The notes beneath the pieces are model-generated. The model was not told where the DNA came from. It did not search any database and worked only from the letters and a program-made list of their open reading frames with translations. From positions 1-43,029 of the IMG/VR virus record IMGVR_UViG_3300032250_000778: 43,029 nt of DNA; one strand, given 5' to 3'. Shown piece by piece: positions 36,728 through 43,029 of this stretch; the stretch's first letter is position 1, and every line of letters begins with the position of its first letter. Both the position numbers and the translations under genes were made by a program. This stretch comes from a virus. Lineage: Duplodnaviria; Caudoviricetes.

Positions 36728-39700
36728 ATGGATATGAAGAAATATATTACTCTCTTAGAGAATAACTCCAAACCCAAAGAGGTTGTGGCCAAACCTATCC
36801 AACCTAAATCAGATACTCGACCACTAGTACATATTTCAGAAACTTACGAACCTAATCCCGTAGTTAGAAAAATTGTTCGTAGTGTAATGGAGAAGAAAAC
36901 TCCTCAACCGCCTAAACCACAGAATCCTGTTGCCAAGAACGCTAATGCTACTATAGGGGGTGGTGGTGCTGGTAAACATAAAGACAAGAAAAAAGATGCC
37001 AAACAAGGTGTACAAAAGCACAAAGGCCAACAACTAGACGAATATTTTGAAAAAGAAAAACCCACTGACGGCGAATTACTATTATTGATGAAAAAATATC
37101 GACTAGCTAAAATCTCTGGCAAACCTTTAGCCAGTGTGATGCGACAGTCAGACATACATAAACTAATTGATGCAGAAAAAGATGGCCGTATAGAAGCATT
37201 AAAATATAGAGATTCTATTGAAGAAGAACAATATGATAGCAAAGGTGACTTTAAACGCCGTGAACTAGAACATGAGTTAGGTCACGAAACTAGAAGCGGT
37301 GCTGTATATATTGATGGCAAGTATTGGAAAACATTTGACACTTATGAACAAGCAAAAAATATAGCTAGAAGCTTAGAAAGGAAAGGTAAAAGAGCTGTAG
37401 CTCGTATGCTTGAATCATATGGATCACCGAGTCCTGCACAGAAAAGATTTAATCGTGCTTTAGAAAAACAACGTAACAGTCCAGAAAATAAGGCTGACAG
37501 AGAAAGTCATCGCAAGCGTTTAGATGCTATTATGCCACCTCCAAAGAAGGATACACCAGTAGGCGAAAAAATGCGTACTCCTTTTGCTGGTGCAGCAGTA
37601 GGTCAAAAAGAAGGTCCAGCTGGTCAATTAAAAGCCATGGATCCTAAAGGTTATCCTAAAGGTAAACTAGTCGGTGGTGCATTGGAAGAAGGTAAGGTAT
37701 GTCCACAATGTGGTAGCAGCAAATGCAGTTGCCCACCTGGTAAATGCAAATGTAAACCAGTAGCTGGTTTCAAACCTAAAATGAGCGAGGATAAAGATCC
37801 TTGCTGGAAAAACTACAAAATGGTAGGCACTAAAAAGAAAGGTGGCAAAACTGTGCCAAATTGTGTGCCAAAAGAAAGTAGAGTGGGCGAGGCACAGAAC
37901 GCAGCTCAACAGGCTGCTATTGCTATTGCTAAAAAGAAAAAGAAAGACGTGGCGGAAGGCATTCTACAGAAAGCAGTTGGTCAGTTGGTCAGAGGGAAGC
38001 CTACGCCCATCAGAGGGGAGCCTTGGGGAGTAGCTGATACGTCAAAAGTAGTAACACCGCCAGTCCCTCCTGTATATGCAGGTGTTAACCTCGGCGGGCA
38101 GGAGATGAAAAAATTGGCAGTAGGCGACAAGGTAAAATGGATTGACCAAAAAGCTGAAATAGTGGCCATACATCCCGATGGCAAACATTGTAGGGTTCAT
38201 ATTCCATCTTCGTGGGGCGGAGAAACAAAAGATGTACGTATTTCAGATATAAAACGATTTGGTAGTGTCAAAGAAGGTGGCCCATTTAGTTATGGTAAAC
38301 CTCCACGCAAAGGCTCAGTGGCTGATTTGGCAGCAAAACATCGTAAAGAACAGGATAGAAAAACTCCCCCTATTGAACCAAAAGACCAAATGGTTGGTAA
38401 CGCTAAGGTCACGAAAAATACAAAGGAATCTCAACTAGACGAACTAGATCGTCCAAGTGGTAAACTATACATTATTATCACCACAGATAACGCTGGCGCT
38501 CCCCATGTATTTGGAGACTTTGGATCATTCGCACAGGACGTCATGCACAAGATTGCTAAACGTGGTACTAGAGATAAGTCAGGCGCTAAAACTAAACTAA
38601 AGATTGATTTCTTATTTGACGACTTTAGAACCACAATTCAACAACTAAGAACCATATTTAGAGACTTAGACTTTATTGGTGCAGAAGCAGCAGAATTTAT
38701 TATTAAAAGTTCCGCTTTACGCAGTGATCAAGGAGAAGAAGTCAAACATTTAAGAGACTATATTCAAGCAGGTGACGATCGTCGTATGAAGATGTATCAG
38801 GCGCCTGAAGATGATGAAGAAGAAGGCGAACCTACTGGTGGTAATATATTACGTATTGACCCTGAAACTGGTGCTGCACGTAGAGTTGTTGGTGTAAAAC
38901 CGCAAACACAGATGGGTGGCCATGCTGTAGCACAACCAACTACTTTTAAATACACATTATTAAAAACTGAACTCATGCCTAAACTACGTGATATGGGATT
39001 CAAGTTCGATGGAAATCAAATCATATTAAGAGCAGATCAAAGAGACAAATTAAAGAATATGTTAGGCGCACAATTTCAAAGTGTATTTGGACAAAAAGGA
39101 ACATTCAAGGAAGGCGGCGAAAAATACAAAATTAAGAGTATTGGCAGTGACGTTGACAAAGAGTCAGGCGAAAGACGCGACTATTACATTAGCCCAAGCA
39201 CAGGCAAAAAAGTCTATAAAGCTGGTGTGAAGAAAGGTGATCACGAAAATCCCAACAGTGGCGACGTTAAAAAACAAGTGAAAGAATTTAAAATGTCATT
39301 GCCACCAGCTGGTTCGAGTCCAGAAGAAGCAGCAGCATTTGCCGCAGATCAACAGGCTCGATCACAGGCCATGTATCAACAGCAGCAGCAACAGCAAACA
39401 CAACAAGCAACAACTACTCCACCCGCTAATGTTAGTTATGGTCCTGAGTATTTAGAAAAAGCAGCAAATCCTAACAGAACTGGTAGATTTATGATGTCAG
39501 TAGATGATGCTAAAATTGCCTTAGATTGGTTAGCTAAAAACCCAAACTATAAACCACCGACAGCACAACCTAGCGCACAATCTAGCGCACCGGCTACTGG
39601 ATCAGGACTTAGTAGAGAATATTTAGAAAAGGCAGCGAATCCTAATAGAACTGGCAGATTTATGATCAGTGTGGATCAAGCTCAACAAGAATTAAATCAA

Positions 39701-39781
39701 ATGAAAGAAAGTGCTTATGCGTCATTTAAGCCCAAGGCATTTGCTCGTGCTATTATGAAAGAATTTGGATTAAAGGAATAA
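36728..39781 (+). CDS. 1017-aa modular charged protein (putative processed internal head polyprotein)
   Basis: A string of short unrelated modules separated by [LVIMF]-x-E sites, including PCWKNY...VPNCVP, an SH3/KOW-like unit and a duplicated EYLEKAANPNRTGRFM. Confidence 0.75.
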   Translation: MDMKKYITLLENNSKPKEVVAKPIQPKSDTRPLVHISETYEPNPVVRKIVRSVMEKKTPQPPKPQNPVAKNANATIGGGGAGKHKDKKKDAKQGVQKHKGQQLDEYFEKEKPTDGELLLLMKKYRLAKISGKPLASVMRQSDIHKLIDAEKDGRIEALKYRDSIEEEQYDSKGDFKRRELEHELGHETRSGAVYIDGKYWKTFDTYEQAKNIARSLERKGKRAVARMLESYGSPSPAQKRFNRALEKQRNSPENKADRESHRKRLDAIMPPPKKDTPVGEKMRTPFAGAAVGQKEGPAGQLKAMDPKGYPKGKLVGGALEEGKVCPQCGSSKCSCPPGKCKCKPVAGFKPKMSEDKDPCWKNYKMVGTKKKGGKTVPNCVPKESRVGEAQNAAQQAAIAIAKKKKKDVAEGILQKAVGQLVRGKPTPIRGEPWGVADTSKVVTPPVPPVYAGVNLGGQEMKKLAVGDKVKWIDQKAEIVAIHPDGKHCRVHIPSSWGGETKDVRISDIKRFGSVKEGGPFSYGKPPRKGSVADLAAKHRKEQDRKTPPIEPKDQMVGNAKVTKNTKESQLDELDRPSGKLYIIITTDNAGAPHVFGDFGSFAQDVMHKIAKRGTRDKSGAKTKLKIDFLFDDFRTTIQQLRTIFRDLDFIGAEAAEFIIKSSALRSDQGEEVKHLRDYIQAGDDRRMKMYQAPEDDEEEGEPTGGNILRIDPETGAARRVVGVKPQTQMGGHAVAQPTTFKYTLLKTELMPKLRDMGFKFDGNQIILRADQRDKLKNMLGAQFQSVFGQKGTFKEGGEKYKIKSIGSDVDKESGERRDYYISPSTGKKVYKAGVKKGDHENPNSGDVKKQVKEFKMSLPPAGSSPEEAAAFAADQQARSQAMYQQQQQQQTQQATTTPPANVSYGPEYLEKAANPNRTGRFMMSVDDAKIALDWLAKNPNYKPPTAQPSAQSSAPATGSGLSREYLEKAANPNRTGRFMISVDQAQQELNQMKESAYASFKPKAFARAIMKEFGLKE

Positions 39782-39784
39782 ATT

Positions 39785-41023
39785 ATGGAAATGAAATCGT
39801 TAATCGAGCGTTTAACCAGTCTCGAAAATCAGCCACTAAATGAAGGTACTAAACCAGACTTTTTAGATATGGACAAAGACGGCAACAAAAAAGAGCCTAT
39901 GAAAAAAGCTGTAGCTGATAAAAAGAAGCCTGAATCTAGTAAAGTCAAAAAAGAAAGTCTCGGTCGTATTGCTGAGGCATTGATGAAAGACATGGGTTAT
40001 GATTTATACGAGTATTATGATGAAACATCTTCGAACGTTGGTGCAGGCGCTGGTGACCCATTTGCAGCTAACCAAATGGATTACAACAAACAACGGGCCC
40101 AAGGTCAAAAAACTTGGTCGAAGTTAAAAAACTTTGTTGGGATGGGAACTCCGGCCGATTCAGATTTAAATCAACCAGGTGCTAAACCACAGCAAGGAAA
40201 TAGTTTGAGTCGAGGCGCTAGTCAGGAAGCAGAAATAAATGCAGCACCAGCAACACCAGCAACACCAGCAACACCAGCACCATATACCCCTGGACCAGTA
40301 CAGCAAGCAGCACAAGGTAAGGCCAATGATGATGCTACAGGAGTCGATGCCGCAGTCAATCGAGCATCGGGCGACGCTGTAAGAGCAGCAACAGATGCAG
40401 CAGAAAGAAATGCAGGAGGAGGAACAACACCTCCTGCACCTGCTCCGGCACCTGCTCCAGCACCTGCTCCAGCACCTACTCCAGCACCTGCTCCAGCACC
40501 TGCTCCAGCACCTGCTCCAGCAGCAGTTCCACCAGGTATTAATCCAGAGACTGGACAAAAGTACAATGATGGTACAACTGCTCCGTTACAATTGCCACCA
40601 GGAGCCAAACCAGAACCTGGACGAACAGGACAAACTACAAAACCACCAGTAGCTACACAAAAAACAAAACCAGTATTTGATCCAAAAGTTCAAGCACTAC
40701 AACAGCAATTAATTGCTAAAGGTGCTAAAATTAAAGCTGACGGATTTATGGGCGATCAAACACGAACAGCTATGAAACAATTTGGCACGGGTAGTCCAGT
40801 GGCTACCCAACCAACACCTGCTCCAGCAGCAGTTCCACCAGGTATTAATCCAGAGACTGGACAAAAGTATGATGATGGTACAACTGCTCCGTTACAATTG
40901 CCACCAGGAGCCAAACGAGAACCTGCAGCAAGGCCTATACATTCAGGATCATTACCCCCACCAAATAGAGTACAAGAAGATGCCGAACTTACTGCTATGC
41001 TACGTATTGCCGGACTTAGATAA
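39785..41023 (+). CDS. Pro/Ala-rich protein with peptidoglycan-binding (PG_binding_1-like) domain
   Basis: DPKVQALQQQL...G.....DGFMG.QT..AM, a KPDFLDMDKDG DxDxDG loop, a (PA)n linker and C-terminal AMLRIAGL. Confidence 0.75.
   Translation: MEMKSLIERLTSLENQPLNEGTKPDFLDMDKDGNKKEPMKKAVADKKKPESSKVKKESLGRIAEALMKDMGYDLYEYYDETSSNVGAGAGDPFAANQMDYNKQRAQGQKTWSKLKNFVGMGTPADSDLNQPGAKPQQGNSLSRGASQEAEINAAPATPATPATPAPYTPGPVQQAAQGKANDDATGVDAAVNRASGDAVRAATDAAERNAGGGTTPPAPAPAPAPAPAPAPTPAPAPAPAPAPAPAAVPPGINPETGQKYNDGTTAPLQLPPGAKPEPGRTGQTTKPPVATQKTKPVFDPKVQALQQQLIAKGAKIKADGFMGDQTRTAMKQFGTGSPVATQPTPAPAAVPPGINPETGQKYDDGTTAPLQLPPGAKREPAARPIHSGSLPPPNRVQEDAELTAMLRIAGLR
40433..40523 (+). repeat. 12-nt tandem repeat (CCAGCACCTGCT)n encoding (PA)n
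   Basis: About 7 near-perfect units are visible. Confidence 0.9.
40509..40916 (+). repeat. 102-bp direct repeat pair (40509-40610 and 40815-40916)
   Basis: Identical except TACAAT versus TATGAT. The copies flank the PG-binding domain. Confidence 0.92.
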
Positions 41024-41025
41024 TT

Positions 41026-41982
41026 GTGAAAAACACAATTAAAGAGTCATTAGATGCAATTCGTTTGATAGAGTACGATATGGCTCAGGGCAAAGCCATG
41101 GCCACAGATGCTGACTTTACGGACAAATCAGCAGCAGATACAACATCGCAAACTCAGAGAACTACCACAAGAGCATCTGCTCAAAATCCTGAAGTTAAAC
41201 GTAGTCGTTTCAGACGTAGCGGTAAACTTGGTCCAGAGTTAAAAGCAGCTGGCGTTGAGGTTGCTCAAGACGTTAAAACCGCCAGAGCCTTATCCGCAGC
41301 TAAAATCGGAGCAAAGGCCGGAGTTGGATTATTAAAAACAGTTCTACCAGGTGTTGGTTTAGTAATTGGTACTCAAGATGCAATTGATCGAGCAAAAAAA
41401 GGTGACTGGGTTGGTGCTGGTATAGCTGGTCTGTCAGCTGTATTAAGCTTGGGCGGGCCGCTTACAGCAGGTGCAAGCCTAGGTTTGACCGGCTATAACA
41501 TGTATCGTGATTACTCTAAAGAAGGCGAAAAACCAGAAGGTAGTGCAGATACCCCAGCACCTGGCACACCTGCGTCACCAGATTCTACACCTGTGAGTAC
41601 CCAACCAACTAAAGGTGGTGCGGCACCTGACCCCGAAATACAAGCTATGCAAAAGAAAATCCTTGCCAAAGATCCAAATGCATTGCCTAAACATGGTGCA
41701 GATGGACGTATGGGCCCAGAAACACAAGCTGCCTTGGCCAAATATGTTATGTCAACAGAATCTCAACAGACAGTTGCAGAAGGTATTCGTAGTTTACAAG
41801 AACGTATAGATTTAATCGAGGCTAAGGCAGTAATCAGAGAAAGTTTAGAACAAACTTATTTCTTAGACAAAAATTACTTTATGTATGACAAGTCCGGTGA
41901 GCAGGTAGTTGACTTACTTACTATCAGTGTGATCAACGAAGCTGTTGAGCAAGGGCAAATTAAAATTAAAAAATTAAGTTAA
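41026..41982 (+). CDS. Protein with Gly-rich hydrophobic segment and PG-binding-like domain
   Basis: GTG start. LPGVGLVIG..DAIDRAKKGDWVGAGIAGLSAVLSLGGPLTAGASLGL and DPEIQAMQKKI...GADGRMGPETQAAL. Confidence 0.72.
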   Translation: MKNTIKESLDAIRLIEYDMAQGKAMATDADFTDKSAADTTSQTQRTTTRASAQNPEVKRSRFRRSGKLGPELKAAGVEVAQDVKTARALSAAKIGAKAGVGLLKTVLPGVGLVIGTQDAIDRAKKGDWVGAGIAGLSAVLSLGGPLTAGASLGLTGYNMYRDYSKEGEKPEGSADTPAPGTPASPDSTPVSTQPTKGGAAPDPEIQAMQKKILAKDPNALPKHGADGRMGPETQAALAKYVMSTESQQTVAEGIRSLQERIDLIEAKAVIRESLEQTYFLDKNYFMYDKSGEQVVDLLTISVINEAVEQGQIKIKKLS

Positions 41983-42308
41983 TTATGCCAATTACCTTGG
42001 AAACAATGACGTAACTCATGTCCGAGGTTATGCATATTTGCTTTTTTACCTGTGATAATTACACATAGATTACCGTCTTGTGTACTACAGGCGCTTATTT
42101 CATGCTTGATTGGACCGAAACCTCTAGCAATATTCAATTTACTACAATATTCACGTACATTATCAACGGCCCGCCATTCTACTCGAACAGTATTATGAGT
42201 TTTACGGGTTGCATCAAAATCTCTGGTTGGATTATCCCAATCAAAGTATTCAGCAGCATGAGCCATAACTGATTGTGCCAAAAATACTGCAAGAATGAGC
42301 TTTTTCAT
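41979..42308 (-). CDS. Small exported protein with HExxH motif
   Basis: Signal peptide MKKLILAVFLAQSVMAHA, four Cys and LGHELRHCF. Preceded by a consensus promoter. Confidence 0.8.
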   Translation of the reverse strand: MKKLILAVFLAQSVMAHAAEYFDWDNPTRDFDATRKTHNTVRVEWRAVDNVREYCSKLNIARGFGPIKHEISACSTQDGNLCVIITGKKANMHNLGHELRHCFQGNWHN

Positions 42309-42339
42309 AATGAGTAGTCCAGTAGTTCAACATGTATAC

Positions 42340-42368
42340 ATTATATGCTCATATGGCAGAATTGTCAA
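42340..42368 (-). promoter_or_regulatory. Perfect sigma70 promoter TTGACA-17-TATAAT
   Basis: On the + strand, TGTCAA at 42363-42368 and ATTATA at 42340-42345. Confidence 0.88.
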
Positions 42369-42377
42369 GAACTTTAG

Positions 42378-42406
42378 TTGACTTAGATCCGTAAATACAG
42401 TATACT
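42378..42406 (+). promoter_or_regulatory. Sigma70 promoter TTGACT-17-TATACT with a late TAAATA in its spacer
   Basis: -35 at 42378-42383, -10 at 42401-42406, TAAATA at 42392-42397, and an AAGGAG SD downstream. Confidence 0.8.
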
Positions 42407-42427
42407 AAGCCTAGTTAAGGAGATACT

Positions 42428-42685
42428 ATGTCAAATAGAATTTACGGGCCAGAAGAAAAGGCCAAATTGGAAAAACTCATCAACGAAGGTTCCACTGTAC
42501 TTCGAGAAATCGAAGATCTTCAAGAAGGTCTAAAGGAAACAGTTAAGGCCGTAGCTGAAGAACTTAACGTCAAAACCAGCATCATCAGTCGTGCTATCAA
42601 AATTGCACACAAAGGTGATTGGAGCGCCCATGACAGTGATTGGAAAGAAGTAGAAGCAATTCTAGACATTACCAAAAAAATCTAA
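42428..42685 (+). CDS. Small dsDNA-binding protein (T4 DsbA/GapR-like)
   Basis: KL..LINEG..V..EIEDLQE.LKE.VK.VAEEL......I.RAIKIAHK helical pattern, 85 aa. Confidence 0.65.
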   Translation: MSNRIYGPEEKAKLEKLINEGSTVLREIEDLQEGLKETVKAVAEELNVKTSIISRAIKIAHKGDWSAHDSDWKEVEAILDITKKI

Positions 42686-42912
42686 TGACATCATTAAAAG
42701 ACTCCATTATTGAATGGACTTTGACCGTTATGCTAATTGCTGGTGTGGCATTGACCAGTTTCAATGTCTATCCCCTAAATCTATGGGTAAGTCTAGCTGG
42801 AAATTTTGGCTGGCTATACTTAGGGTGGATTTGGCGTAAATGGAGTCTTTTAGTAGTGCAATTGATTATCACAGCCATTTACATGTTAGGCATAAGTAAA
42901 GTATACTTGTAA
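42685..42912 (+). CDS. Small membrane protein (about 3 TM)
   Basis: TAATG-coupled start at 42685. EW..T..LI.GV.LTSFN.YPLN.W.S..GN..W......W....L pattern. Confidence 0.72.
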   Translation: MTSLKDSIIEWTLTVMLIAGVALTSFNVYPLNLWVSLAGNFGWLYLGWIWRKWSLLVVQLIITAIYMLGISKVYL

Positions 42913-42917
42913 GGCAG

Positions 42918-42969
42918 GCAGGCCATAAGCTGCACAATTGGTATGTGTGAGCCGCAAATCACATAGGAG
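42918..42969 (+). promoter_or_regulatory. Twin hairpins with GCCRYAAR loops abutting the polymerase SD
   Basis: GCAG-GCCATAAG-CTGC and TGTGTGA-GCCGCAAA-TCACATA, followed directly by GGAG. Confidence 0.55.
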
Positions 42970-42974
42970 AATTT

Positions 42975-43029
42975 ATGTACGTCGATGCTTATTTCGACCG
43001 GGACAATGATCTTGTCAAGGTCGTGGAAC
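42975..43029 (+). CDS. Start of a gene, probably family-B DNA polymerase (3'-truncated)
   Basis: AGGAG SD and ATG. MYVDAYFDRDNDLVKVVE resembles, from recollection, the N-termini of large-phage PolB. Only 18 codons are visible. Confidence 0.5.
   Translation, partial: MYVDAYFDRDNDLVKVVE

Noticed and set aside
40166-41042. ORFs with (SRCW)n, (GA)n and (LLQH)n repeats
   Set aside because: They are shadow frames of the (PA)n tandem repeat in the 412-aa gene.
1-43029. Bacterial chromosome or prophage origin suggested by clpA, dnaJ, def, groES, erpA and phoH
   Set aside because: These genes are interleaved with tail, lysis and RFC-type loader genes and T4-like late promoters, lack their usual bacterial operon partners, and no integrase or att site is seen.
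1-43029. Stop-codon reassignment, tRNA genes, introns or homing endonucleases
   Set aside because: Genes tile the window in code 11 without interruption. The intergenic gaps are short and none shows a cloverleaf or intron-like insertion by eye.

Overview
This 43 kb window is a gene-dense, AT-rich segment of a large T4-like (myovirus-type) dsDNA bacteriophage. The host is Gram-negative, probably proteobacterial, as inferred from the spanins and an ErpA-type gene. Almost all genes are on the + strand and read cleanly in genetic code 11. Order of modules: (1) UV-damage endonuclease, a small basic protein and an ErpA/IscA Fe-S carrier; (2) a ~19 kb tail/baseplate block with a giant structural protein, a collagen-like modular fibre, a subtilisin protease and a DUF616-like glycosyltransferase; (3) a DnaE fragment, GroES, clamp loader, sulfotransferase-like gene and PhoH; (4) a lysis cassette with nested spanins, GH19 endolysin, holin and a small exported protein; (5) a DnaJ-deformylase-ClpA proteostasis operon; (6) a ~10 kb block of proteins sharing an N-terminal 'MKIRELxE'-type leader and internal hydrophobic-x-Glu sites; (7) a dsDNA-binding protein, a membrane protein and the probable start of a family-B DNA polymerase. 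Module 6 is the best candidate for an undescribed system. It looks like capsid-packaged, protease-processed cargo that includes three different nucleotidyltransferase folds and two peptidoglycan-binding proteins. The intergenic DNA carries sigma70 promoters, T4-like late TAAATA promoters embedded in hairpins, and two candidate regulatory RNAs. All family calls come from motif recognition by eye; no database search was run.
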